The notes beneath the pieces were generated by a model. That model did no database searches. It worked only from the letters and a program-made list of their open reading frames with translations, and was not told the DNA's origin. The position numbers and the translations under genes are program-made. DNA of 64,000 bases from Candidatus Kutchimonas denitrificans (lineage in GTDB: Bacteria; Gemmatimonadota; Gemmatimonadetes; Palauibacterales; KS3-K002): contig JAACAK010000113.1 in the NCBI GenBank assembly GCA_011774835.1, positions 5,029 through 69,028 of the forward strand. Direction: 5' to 3'. Shown here piece by piece: positions 18,769 to 28,320 of this stretch (position 1 is the stretch's first letter; each line of letters begins with the position of its first letter).

Positions 18769-20165
18769 ACATGACGCGCAGGAGCGACACACCACCGCGG
18801 CCGGGCGGCCGGTTCGAAGAAGAGCTGGGGAAGCCGCGTTCCGAATGGACCCTGGACGACGTGCTCGAGCTGGCGGACCGGCATCGGATCGTGCTGCTCA
18901 GCCTGATGCACGTGGGGGGCGACGGCTGGCTCAAGGCGCTGGATTTCGTGCCCGGCGGCCGCGACCACCTGCGAGACATCGTTCAGGGCGGCGAGCGCGC
19001 CGACGGCTCCAGCCTGTTCCCGGATACGGGAATCCCGACCGGCGCTTCCGACATCGTGCTGCGCCCCCGGCTCGACACCGGCTTCATCGATCCGTTCGCC
19101 CCGCGCCCGACGCTGGTCCTCATGTGCGGTCACGCCGACCGGGACGGCGCGCCCCTGCCGCAATCGCCCGACACGATCGTGCGGCGCGCGTTCGCTCGTC
19201 TGAAGGAAGAGACGGGCATCGAGCTGTGGGGGCTGGGCGAAGTCGAGTACTTCCTGGGCAAGCGCTGGGACGAGACCGACATCTACGGCGCCGACGATCG
19301 CGGCTACCACGCCACCGCGCCCTTCGTTTTCGGTGAGGAACTGCGCCGGGAAGCGATGGGGCTGCTGCGTGATATCGGTGTCCCGGTGAAGTACGGCCAC
19401 AGCGAGGTCGGCTACATCGAGGCGCGGGAGACCGAAGGCGTGATCTGGGAGCAGCACGAGATCGAGCTCGGCCTGGCGCCGCTGCCCGCCGCCGCCGACG
19501 CCATCCTGCTGGCCCAGTGGGTTCTCCGCAATCTGGCGCAACGGAACGGGATGCGCTGCAGCACCGATCCGATGATGCTGGAGGGTCACGCCGGTAACGG
19601 CCTCCACTTCCACTTCGCGCCGATGCAGAACGGCAGAAACGTGCCGATCCGCGAGGGCGATTCCAAGCTCTCCGACCCGGCACGCTGGCTCATCGGCGGC
19701 CTGGTCGAGATGGGTGAAGCGCTGATGGCCTTCGGCAACCGGGTGGAGGGATCGTTCGCGCGACTGAACCAGGCGAAGGAGGCGCCGAACCGGATCTCCT
19801 GGGGCGAGTTCGACCGCAACGCGCTCGTCCGCTTGCCGATCACCGCGACCGATCAGGCCGGGCGACAGGTCACCATGCCCACGATCGAGTTCCGTTTGCC
19901 CGACGGCTCGGCGTTGCCACACCTGCTGATGGCCGGTGTGGCCGTGGCGATGCTGCAGAGCCGAAAGAGCGGCGATCTGGACGAGCTCCTGCAGCGCACA
20001 TCGGCCTCGGCGGCAGCGGCGGCGAGGGACGGCGTGTCGCGGGTCCCTCGCAGCTTCGCCGAGGTGGCGGAGGCGCTGACGCGACACCGGGCCAGCCTCG
20101 AGGCGAGCGGTGCGTTTCCGGCCACGCTCCTGGACCGCACGATCGCGCGACTGACGAACGGTTAA
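18765..20165 (+). CDS. Glutamine-synthetase-family (GS catalytic domain) protein, ~466 aa
   Basis: 'KYGHSEVGYIE...WEQHEIEL', 'GNGLHFHFAP' and 'IEFRLPDGSALPHLLMAG' correspond to GS catalytic motifs. The ATG at 18765 overlaps the gatD stop (ATGA). Confidence 0.75.
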   Translation: MNMTRRSDTPPRPGGRFEEELGKPRSEWTLDDVLELADRHRIVLLSLMHVGGDGWLKALDFVPGGRDHLRDIVQGGERADGSSLFPDTGIPTGASDIVLRPRLDTGFIDPFAPRPTLVLMCGHADRDGAPLPQSPDTIVRRAFARLKEETGIELWGLGEVEYFLGKRWDETDIYGADDRGYHATAPFVFGEELRREAMGLLRDIGVPVKYGHSEVGYIEARETEGVIWEQHEIELGLAPLPAAADAILLAQWVLRNLAQRNGMRCSTDPMMLEGHAGNGLHFHFAPMQNGRNVPIREGDSKLSDPARWLIGGLVEMGEALMAFGNRVEGSFARLNQAKEAPNRISWGEFDRNALVRLPITATDQAGRQVTMPTIEFRLPDGSALPHLLMAGVAVAMLQSRKSGDLDELLQRTSASAAAAARDGVSRVPRSFAEVAEALTRHRASLEASGAFPATLLDRTIARLTNG

Positions 20166-20247
20166 CGCGGAACCGCGGGTTGACTCTCGGGTAACAGAGT
20201 CTCCCGTCCCGGAGCCTCCCCGTAATCTCATCCCACGCGTAGCTCCC

Positions 20248-23200
20248 ATGCTTCGAGAGACCGTCTCGTTCGTCGTTTTGCTCCTGCCCGCGCTCTACAC
20301 CTGGTGGCACGGTCGCCGGTTGGTTCGGCGGATCGACGATCCGGCGTTCCCGGAACTGAGAATGGCCGGGAGTCAGCGGCTGTTCCTGGTGGTCTTCGTG
20401 TCGGCCGCGGTGGCGCTGGTCATCAGCTGGCGGTTCCCCGCGGCGAAGGTCGCGGTTCTCGCGATCTCGTTGATCGTCGCCCGCTTCCCGGCTCGACGCC
20501 AGATCTACAACGAGACGTGGGGGCTGGCGGGATACGCGGCACACGTGATCCGACTGGTCGTGGCCTTCTTCGGGGTGTGGCTCGTCCTGGCGGCCGCTCC
20601 GGCCATCGTCCGCGGGTCGGGATCCGCCGGTCTGCCGGTCGCGTTGGGCGTGGCGGTCCTGCTCGTCGCCTGGAATCACTTCGGCTCCGAACTGATCCCC
20701 CGGGTCCTGGGGGCCGAGCCGCTGCGTGACGCAGCGCTCGAGCGGGAGTTCGAAGCGGTCCAGAGCGAGCTGCGCTGTCCGCGACCGCGCCTGCTGAGGC
20801 TCGATACCGGCGGCGGCTATTGGGTCAACGCGCTGGCGCTGCCCGACTACCGGCGTCCGGCCGTCCTGTTCACCGATGATCTGCTGAGGGCGCTGACGCC
20901 TGCCGAGACCACGGCGATCTACGCGCACGAAGCGGCGCACCTCGAGTACTTCAATCGACGGCGGCTTCTCTTACGCGAGCTGATCGTGGTGATCCTCGCC
21001 GGCTTTTCGGCGCTCGCGGCGTTCGTGCCGGGGATCGATTCGGCGTTCTTCGGCTCGCTCGTGTGGGCTTGGCCGCTGGCGGTCCTGCTGGCACTGTTCG
21101 TCCTGGCGGCGGGGAACCAGGCTCGCGAGCACGACTGCGATGTGCGGGCCGCCCAGCTGACCGGCGACGCGGAAGCCGTGGTCTCTGGGCTAACGCGCAT
21201 CCACGATCTGATGCGGATGCCGCGCCGCTGGCGGTCGGGCAGCGAGAGGAGGGTCTCGCACCCGAGCCTGGCCAACCGAATTCGCGCGATCCGCGATGCG
21301 GCCGGCCTGGGCCCGGCTGAAGAAAAGAATCGTGAAGTCGTCCGAACGGAGCTGACCGTCCGCTCCGCCGTCGATCCCAGCGAAGCGGTGATGCTGGGGA
21401 CGGATCGGATCCACTTCCTCCGCGGCCTCGATCCGGAAAGCGATCTGGATCCGGCGCGAGTCTTGGACGAAGCGGCGGAAAGCCGGTCGATTCGATACAG
21501 CGACCTGACGGACGTTCGCCTCGAGGTCAGCGGCCCGCGCGACCGGTACCTGACCGCGGTCGACCGCGACGGCCGCAAGCAGAGGTTGGCGCTTCGGTCG
21601 GAGGACGTGGCCCGGGTCAAGGCGCATCTGGAGCAGATCGATCTCGAGGTGTCCGGCACCGCGCCGGCCCGAGCGCGCGAGCTGGCGCGAGAGGCGGCGG
21701 CACGGGGTCGCGGCAGGCTGGCGGCGGCCATCGTGGCGCTGTTCAACCTCTACCCGTTCTCCTTCGTGGCGCTGCTGATATCGAGCCTGGCCGTCTGGCG
21801 GCCGACCCGGGCCACCCTGGCGGCCTGCGGAGCGATGGCGTTCGTCGGCGGCCTGATCGGGTACCGCACCGGTGGCGGCTTCCTTTTCGGACAGGAAGGA
21901 GTCGCGCTGGTCGCCGCGATCGAGGCCCTCGCCGGGATCGTTCTGCTTCACGGGGCCGTGAGGTTGCGCGGCCAGGAGATGGACGAGGGTGGGGCGTGGA
22001 AGCTGACCGTCACGGCGCTCCTGGGAATGAGCGTTCTCTATTCCCTCGGCGCACTCGCGCGCCTGGCGGGCCCGAACGTGATCACTCAACTCCACCTGTG
22101 GGCGCGACACGAACAGGGTCTGACGCTGGCGCTGGTGGGACTCAGCGCGGCGCTCCTGGGCCTCGGTAAGCGAAAGGCCCGAGTGCCGGCGCTCGTCACT
22201 TCCGCCGTCGCCCTCCTGACCCTCGCGGTCGGCAGCCTGGCGTTTCAGGCCCGGTTCGGTGACGATCCGCTGTCGGTCGAACGGCCGGTGCGACCCGGGC
22301 AACCACTCACCCCGGCTCGCACCCGCCTGCTGGAATGGGAAGAAGGCGTCGCGGGGCTTCGCCTCTCACCGTCGGGGAATCGGCTGGCCGTTCTGAGTTA
22401 CCCGTTCAATGCGAGCTACGAGGGGCGGTTCGGCGGCTATCGGGTGGAGCTGGACGATGGCAGCTTCCGCTCGATCGACGCGGTCGACCTCGCGTTCCTG
22501 GACGACGATCGGGTGGCGGCGCTGGCCCACGATGAGATCGGGAGACTATCGCTCCGGATTATCCGGTTGAATCCGTCGCCGGCCACCGAGCGGGAGATCC
22601 TGCTGCGGCTTGTACCGGATCCCGTGCTGCGGGTGAGTCCGGAGCTGAACCGGTGGCAGGTGTCGAGCGAGGACGTCCGGGCCGGCGGGGCCACGCTGCA
22701 GTTCGGCGCCCTCGATGGCGGCGAGGTGGAGAGCGTGGAGTGGAAGTACCCAGAGACCTCTGAATCCGTGGTGATCGGTTTAACACCGAGCGCGATGGGG
22801 ACTGCGCTGGCGATCGGGAGCCGCTATTCCTACGGTGGGTTGAGCTACTTCGCCGCCTGGCTCGGCATGTTCGGCGTTTACGCGATGCCCATCGAGCTTT
22901 GGGCGGTGAGCGATTCTTCCGCCACTTCCCTCGCCGTGACCGTTCAATCGGTCTGGTGCGTCGACGCTCCCCCCGATCGGGCCGACATCATCTGCGGATC
23001 GAACCTGCGCGACATCGCGACGCGGATATGGTCGATCGAGCCGGATGCGAGCGCGATGAGGCTGGTGGCCGCGGTCCCCGGCTTTTATCGCGCCGGCGAA
23101 CTGGGAAGCGGCGATCGGCTGCTGCTGAGCGGGTACAACGTTCCACCGCTGCTGACCGACCTTGCCACCGGAGACGTACACCCGTTGTTCCTGGAGTTGG

Positions 23201-23391
23201 AAATGGAGCACGCGGCGCACGACGAGACAGCTGCGGACGGCGGTGCGGCATCGCCTCTCGGTTTGCTGTTCGAATCGGCTCCCTCGATCCCCTATTTCCA
23301 GGCGTTTGCCGTTGCGAAGGAGCACATCGCGGTTGCAGCCTGGCGCGACTCGGGATCCACCCTCGCCGTATACCGGCTAACCGATAGGTAA
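20248..23391 (+). CDS. Polytopic-membrane M48-family zinc metalloprotease fused to a large C-terminal extracytoplasmic domain (1047 aa)
   Basis: HEXXH 'IYAHEAAHLEY' with downstream 'NQAREHDCDVRAAQLTGD' (M48 pattern). There are many hydrophobic helices on both sides. The C-terminal ~400 aa are non-membrane and unassigned. Confidence 0.65.
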   Translation: MLRETVSFVVLLLPALYTWWHGRRLVRRIDDPAFPELRMAGSQRLFLVVFVSAAVALVISWRFPAAKVAVLAISLIVARFPARRQIYNETWGLAGYAAHVIRLVVAFFGVWLVLAAAPAIVRGSGSAGLPVALGVAVLLVAWNHFGSELIPRVLGAEPLRDAALEREFEAVQSELRCPRPRLLRLDTGGGYWVNALALPDYRRPAVLFTDDLLRALTPAETTAIYAHEAAHLEYFNRRRLLLRELIVVILAGFSALAAFVPGIDSAFFGSLVWAWPLAVLLALFVLAAGNQAREHDCDVRAAQLTGDAEAVVSGLTRIHDLMRMPRRWRSGSERRVSHPSLANRIRAIRDAAGLGPAEEKNREVVRTELTVRSAVDPSEAVMLGTDRIHFLRGLDPESDLDPARVLDEAAESRSIRYSDLTDVRLEVSGPRDRYLTAVDRDGRKQRLALRSEDVARVKAHLEQIDLEVSGTAPARARELAREAAARGRGRLAAAIVALFNLYPFSFVALLISSLAVWRPTRATLAACGAMAFVGGLIGYRTGGGFLFGQEGVALVAAIEALAGIVLLHGAVRLRGQEMDEGGAWKLTVTALLGMSVLYSLGALARLAGPNVITQLHLWARHEQGLTLALVGLSAALLGLGKRKARVPALVTSAVALLTLAVGSLAFQARFGDDPLSVERPVRPGQPLTPARTRLLEWEEGVAGLRLSPSGNRLAVLSYPFNASYEGRFGGYRVELDDGSFRSIDAVDLAFLDDDRVAALAHDEIGRLSLRIIRLNPSPATEREILLRLVPDPVLRVSPELNRWQVSSEDVRAGGATLQFGALDGGEVESVEWKYPETSESVVIGLTPSAMGTALAIGSRYSYGGLSYFAAWLGMFGVYAMPIELWAVSDSSATSLAVTVQSVWCVDAPPDRADIICGSNLRDIATRIWSIEPDASAMRLVAAVPGFYRAGELGSGDRLLLSGYNVPPLLTDLATGDVHPLFLELEMEHAAHDETAADGGAASPLGLLFESAPSIPYFQAFAVAKEHIAVAAWRDSGSTLAVYRLTDR

Positions 23392-23719
23392 ACAAACTGC
23401 TTGCACCGGCTTTACCTGAAGAATACGACACGGAGCGCGTCCGGGCGTTCGTTGACGGCGAGCTCCTTCATTCGACGCCATACCAGGTCGTGGTGTCCAG
23501 TGAAAATGATCAACTCATCAAGATGTTGTATGGAACGGACGCTTCCACATGGTCCGGAGATCCCGGCGGTGAGTGAGCAGATCGTGATCCCATTGCCGGC
23601 CGACTCTCTGCTGCTGCGCAACCCCGCCTGCACGGCCTGCTACGAGGACTGGCGGTTCACCGCAGTCCAGCAATAGTCACTGCGATGGACAGCTGAGAAA
23701 CGGGCTGATGTCGAGGCGG

Positions 23720-26700
23720 CTAGGCGCTCGGCTCGGATGGGGCTGGACGGGCCAGCTGACGAACGCGGACTGCCCGGTCCTTGGCGTAGCGGGAAAGAAC
23801 ACGTTCCGCCTCGGGGTCCTCGATCTGCCTGAGTGCCATGGCGGCGGTCGCCCGGACCTGGTCGTCCCAGCGCCGGCGGAAGAACGGAGGCGAGCGCTTG
23901 CCGAGGACCCTGCCCAACACATCGATGCCGGCCGGGCTGCCGATCTCGCCCAGGGCCTGACAGCAGGCGATCGCGACTTTCGGCTCTTCGGTCTCGTCGA
24001 GGATCTTGCCGAGCTCCTCCACGGCCGTTGCGGACCGCAGGTGGGCGATGCTGCGAATCGCGCCTTTGGCGACGGACGCGTCCTGGTCCCGGGCCAGCGG
24101 GAGGATCGTGTCGATCAGGTCGTCCTGGTGCAGCCGCTCGAACAGCCGGAAGGCGGCCCGGCGGATCTTGGCGCTGCTATCGCCGAAGCTGTAGATCAGC
24201 TCATCGCGAAGATCGCGAGTGACCGTGTCGATGACCTCGAGGATCCGGAACCGCTGCTCGACTGTGACCTCGGTCGCCACGGCGCGCTTGATGCCTCGCG
24301 CGGCTTCCTGCCCGTGTTCGGCGAGCAGCGACGCCGCCACCTGCCGGACCCGGAAGTCCTTCTCGTCCTTGATGACCTGGATCAGCAAGGGGATGCTGGA
24401 CCGCCCCAGGCTGCCAAACACCTGAGCTGCCCGTTCCTGGCGGTCGGCGCGCCCCGAGCTGAGATCGTCCTTGAGCAGCTCCAGCGCCGTCGGGTCGAGC
24501 CTCCGGTCGAGGAGACGGGCGAGTCCCCCGCGACCGTCGCTCGACCGCTCCAGCCCCTCCTGGCGCTCCTTCAGCTCCATCAGGATTCGACTCGCCGTCT
24601 GATAGTCGGCGAAGTACAGGCAGGAGCCCGACATGGCGTAAAGGACGGCGGCGAGCTCCTGAAGAACTCGCGGCTCGTTCTCCTCGGCCAGCGCCCGGAG
24701 CAGCGGCTGCGCGGCCAGTTCGGTGAACTTGTGCTGGAGACCGAGGATCAAGCCGTCGAGCAGAGCGCGGCAGGCGAGCACGGTCAGCTCGCGATCGGCG
24801 GGATCGTCTCTCTGGAAATCGCCGAACAGTTGCTTCAGCAGCCGCTCGAGCAGCCCGTGCTCGCCCTTGACCAGCAGCTCCTTTCCGAAGCGGGGCAGGG
24901 CATCGCGCAGCGCGTCCTCGGGCTCCTCCACCATCTGCGCGGCCAACCGCGCCGCCGCGTCGTCCTCGACGGGTTCCTCTTCGACCTCGACCTCGATGGC
25001 GCTGAGCATGGTCTGCACGACGCCGGCAGCGTACTGCCGCTGGTTGAAGGCGATATAGTCGAGGCCCTTCTCGCGTACCAACGAGTCCCAGAAGTCGGCC
25101 TCGTACCCCGTATCCGGCGGATCGTGTAGCGCCCCAACGACGGAGAGCAGTTCGCCCTTGGGCAGCCCGGCAGAGAAGGTGAGGCTGCTGAGCCCGACCG
25201 ATTCCATGAGATCCACCACGGCGACGGCCAGCGGGGCGAAGCCGGTGGTGTCGATGCGCGAACCGTTGACCAGCAGGAGCCGGTCCGCGCGGGCGAGCGT
25301 CAGCGCCGGCTGATGGCCGAGAACGTTCATCAACGCGTCGTACAGCTGATCGACGGAGCGAGAGACCTGATTGCTCTCCAGCGGATAGAGCCGGGCGTTT
25401 TGCGCGGTGCCCTGAAGGTGGCGAAGGATCCGGGGGATCTCGGCCAGCTCCTCCGGCCCCAGCTCCTCCTCCTCGATGACCGGCTGCCGGATCGTGGCCC
25501 GCGCTTTCTTGCGGCGCAGACGGGAGTAGCGGACCTGGCGGAGCTCGATGTGCTCGAGGGCGTGCTGCTCGGCGAAGCTGCGCCAGTATCCCTGCTCGAT
25601 CGCGCCGAACTTCAGCTTGCCGAGGGCCATCAGCAGGGCACGGATCTCCTCCCGTGTGACGCCCCTTCTGAAGATGATCCCCTGCAACTCGGCCCGGGTG
25701 AGCAACCCGATGAACGACTTGGCGAGCATGCTGTAGCGAGAAACCTCGAGCCGCTGGCCGTTGGCCAGCAGCGCCCTCTGGGCATGTGACAGATGCAGCT
25801 CGTCGTTCTTCTCCAGGATGATGTCGACGGCATCGTGCACGTCGCGGAGCGCGTCGGCGATGGTCCGGCTCTCCGGCGGATACAGTTGGATGTTGCGGAC
25901 CGCCGACATGAAGGTGCGGAGCACGTAGGGTACCCGTGGGACGCTGTCGGGGGTTAGACGGCGCTCCGCCTCGGTCTCGACCTCGACGAGTTCCTCGGTG
26001 TACACGGCGGCCTCGTTGGGATCGAAGACGTTGTCGCTGAATCGTGTCTGGATCTGTTCGTAACGCCGGGCCTTCTCCTGGTTCGCCGAGCGCCTGAAGT
26101 GATAGGCGAGCAGTGAGGCGGAGGGAAGCAGACGCTGCTGGTACAGGTTCTCCTGGTAATCGCCGATCTGCCGGTGCAGCTCCTGGCGCCGCGAGCTGTC
26201 TATGTTGCCGTACGTGATGTCGAGCACTCGCTTGCCGAGGAACCGCATCACCTCGTCGTTGACCTGGAAATCGAGGCTGACCAGGCCGAGCGTCTCTGCC
26301 CGATCGAGGAATTCCAGCACCCGGTTCTCATCCAGTTCGGAGGCGCCGGCCAGCAGGCTGAGCGAGACGCCCTCGCCGAGGGTCGACGCGTGCTCGAGCA
26401 GGGAACGTTCCTGTTCGTCGAGCGCCGCGATCTTCTGCTTGACGATCTCTTCCAGCGAGCGCGGCAGATAGCCGTCCTCCAGCGGCTCGATCACCCACTC
26501 CTGGCCGACCAGGCTCACCTTGCCATCGTGGACCAGCTTGCGGATGATCTCGCCGAGGAACAGCGGGTTGCCCTGGGTGATGTCTGCCAGGTCGTCCTCG
26601 AACGAATCCGGCGTGCGGAGACGTGGAAAGACCGCCTTGAGGTACTCGCTGATGCCGCCTACGGTGAGGGGCTTCAGCTTCACGCGCCGGATCGCGAGGT

Positions 26701-28021
26701 CTTCGCGGCGTGCGGCGCAGAAGCGCTCGAGCGGCGGCGCCTCCTCCTCACCGCTCAAGCGCAGCGTCTCCACCGAGGTCCCGCAGATCAGGACGGAGAT
26801 ATCCGGCGACTGCATCAGCACACCCAGGAGGAGCAGGGTCGCCTCATCGGCGAACTGGAGATCGTCGATCAGCAGGACGAGGGGCCGGTAATCGGCGGCC
26901 CGGGGAAGCACGCGGGCCAACGTCGAGAAGATGGCGCGCCGGCGACCCGTGTCGTCGGGGATCGGCCGTCCCTCGCCGGCCCCCAGCTGGGGCAGGATGT
27001 AGCCGAGGTTGTCGATCTCCTCGCCGGTCAGCTCCTCCACTAGCGCGGCGCCGCGGTCCTCGCGCTGGTTGAACAGCGCGAGGAGGATGCCCGTGCTCAG
27101 GTAGTAGGGGCGGTAACCCTCCTGCGAGTCGCCGGAGGCGCGAGCCACGCAAAAGGTGTCATCCCCGACCAGGTTGCGGCGAACGGCTTCCAAGAAGGTC
27201 GTCTTACCCATTCCGGGTGCCGCCTCGACGAGGAGAAACTCGCTCTGTCCTCGGGTCAGCGACTCGAGCGTGTCGGAGACGACGGCCATCTCCTCGTCGC
27301 GGCCGGCGATCCCCGTCGCCTTCAGGCGGTAGAGCGCGGTCTTCGGAAAGACCGTGGCGGGGTCGACTTCCGAGAAGGCCGCCGCCTGGTTCTTTCCCGC
27401 GTGCTTGGCGTGGAATAACGCCGTGTCCGCGGCCTGGAAGAGCTCCTTGCTGCTGGAGGCGTCTTGGGGGGCCGTGGCGAACCCGATGCTCAGGCTGATT
27501 GGTACGCTGACGTCGGCGTCGCGCAGCCTGAACGGCCGGTCCTTGGTCCTTTGCAGCAGGCGATCCGCCATCTCACGGGACGCGTCGGTGCCGGCCTTCG
27601 GCAGGAGCAGGATAAACTCGTCGCCGCCGTAGCGTATCGGCAGAGCGTGCTCTCCCCCGACCTCTCTGAGCAGAGTGGCCATCCAGAGCAGCGCCTGGTC
27701 GCCGGTCTCGTGCCCGTGGGTATCGTTGATCTCTTTGAAGTGGTCGAGGTCGATCATGAGCAGCGACAGAGGGAAGTCGTCGTCGCGCTCCCAGCGTATC
27801 CTGTGTTCGAGGTAGCTCAGGAAGAAGCGCCGGTTGTGGATCCCGGTAAGCTCGTCCTCGAAGATGAGACGCGAGGGGTCTTTCCCCACGTGCTCGAGGA
27901 GATCTATGAGGTCCGTGTGCTGCATGCGGCTACGCCATGCCGAAACATCCAGCGGATTAGCGGAATAAATGGCTGTCCCCCGGGCCCGAATGTACGTCAT
28001 CCGCGGCAAGAGGGAGGGCAT
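23720..28021 (-). CDS. Giant signalling protein: GGDEF diguanylate cyclase + AAA/STAND-type NTPase + long helical region + C-terminal HEAT repeats
   Basis: 'DELTGIHNRRFF...LLMIDLDHFKEINDTHGHETGDQAL...IRYGGDEFILLLP'. Walker A 'LVEAAPGMGKTTFLEAV'. HEAT/PBS-lyase-like 'ACCQALGEIGSPAGIDVLGRVL'. An alternative start is the ATG at 27925 (MQHTDLI). Confidence 0.85.
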   Translation of the reverse strand: MPSLLPRMTYIRARGTAIYSANPLDVSAWRSRMQHTDLIDLLEHVGKDPSRLIFEDELTGIHNRRFFLSYLEHRIRWERDDDFPLSLLMIDLDHFKEINDTHGHETGDQALLWMATLLREVGGEHALPIRYGGDEFILLLPKAGTDASREMADRLLQRTKDRPFRLRDADVSVPISLSIGFATAPQDASSSKELFQAADTALFHAKHAGKNQAAAFSEVDPATVFPKTALYRLKATGIAGRDEEMAVVSDTLESLTRGQSEFLLVEAAPGMGKTTFLEAVRRNLVGDDTFCVARASGDSQEGYRPYYLSTGILLALFNQREDRGAALVEELTGEEIDNLGYILPQLGAGEGRPIPDDTGRRRAIFSTLARVLPRAADYRPLVLLIDDLQFADEATLLLLGVLMQSPDISVLICGTSVETLRLSGEEEAPPLERFCAARREDLAIRRVKLKPLTVGGISEYLKAVFPRLRTPDSFEDDLADITQGNPLFLGEIIRKLVHDGKVSLVGQEWVIEPLEDGYLPRSLEEIVKQKIAALDEQERSLLEHASTLGEGVSLSLLAGASELDENRVLEFLDRAETLGLVSLDFQVNDEVMRFLGKRVLDITYGNIDSSRRQELHRQIGDYQENLYQQRLLPSASLLAYHFRRSANQEKARRYEQIQTRFSDNVFDPNEAAVYTEELVEVETEAERRLTPDSVPRVPYVLRTFMSAVRNIQLYPPESRTIADALRDVHDAVDIILEKNDELHLSHAQRALLANGQRLEVSRYSMLAKSFIGLLTRAELQGIIFRRGVTREEIRALLMALGKLKFGAIEQGYWRSFAEQHALEHIELRQVRYSRLRRKKARATIRQPVIEEEELGPEELAEIPRILRHLQGTAQNARLYPLESNQVSRSVDQLYDALMNVLGHQPALTLARADRLLLVNGSRIDTTGFAPLAVAVVDLMESVGLSSLTFSAGLPKGELLSVVGALHDPPDTGYEADFWDSLVREKGLDYIAFNQRQYAAGVVQTMLSAIEVEVEEEPVEDDAAARLAAQMVEEPEDALRDALPRFGKELLVKGEHGLLERLLKQLFGDFQRDDPADRELTVLACRALLDGLILGLQHKFTELAAQPLLRALAEENEPRVLQELAAVLYAMSGSCLYFADYQTASRILMELKERQEGLERSSDGRGGLARLLDRRLDPTALELLKDDLSSGRADRQERAAQVFGSLGRSSIPLLIQVIKDEKDFRVRQVAASLLAEHGQEAARGIKRAVATEVTVEQRFRILEVIDTVTRDLRDELIYSFGDSSAKIRRAAFRLFERLHQDDLIDTILPLARDQDASVAKGAIRSIAHLRSATAVEELGKILDETEEPKVAIACCQALGEIGSPAGIDVLGRVLGKRSPPFFRRRWDDQVRATAAMALRQIEDPEAERVLSRYAKDRAVRVRQLARPAPSEPSA

Positions 28022-28320
28022 GGACGCCGGGGGGCCCAGCAGTGGCCGGGCTCAAAAGATAGAAGTTCGGCAGTATGAGGGCAATCTCGGGGTGTTCGCC
28101 GATCCGGCCGCCGCGGTTTCGGCAGCTGTTCGGGTCCGAACCGATGCGGTACTCGCCTCGATGCACGGACCGAGACGCCGCCCAGACCTTCCCGAGGTTC
28201 GGCGATTCTCCTAATTTCTTGCCACCGAACGGTGGAGCTCGCCTCGTGGCTCCGAAACTCCGTCGTGGCGGTGGACATTGTCGAAGGACGACTGGCCGAC
28301 CGAAGTCGAGGGGGGATGAC

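Noticed and set aside
18717-20249. 510-aa ORF antisense to the GS-like gene
   Set aside because: Shadow ORF with no motifs. The plus-strand frame has GS catalytic motifs.
23401-23676. 91-aa (+) and 73-aa (-) ORFs in the low-GC spacer
   Set aside because: No SD, poor codon bias and no motifs. The region is reported only as a possible decayed gene or ncRNA region.
23708-25129. 473-aa ORF antisense to the GGDEF/HEAT giant gene
   Set aside because: Shadow ORF with low-complexity composition.
28075-28320. 82-codon N-terminal extension of the arcB ORF in the track
   Set aside because: OTCases start at the 'M.L..R.FL.L.D' motif found at 28321. The extension is Arg/Pro-rich and overlaps the divergent promoter region.
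28100-28320. Possible ykkC/guanidine-type or other riboswitch upstream of arcB
   Set aside because: Only loose resemblance (gggtccga..., cacggaccgagac). The conserved cores are not present in order. An Infernal scan is needed before any claim.
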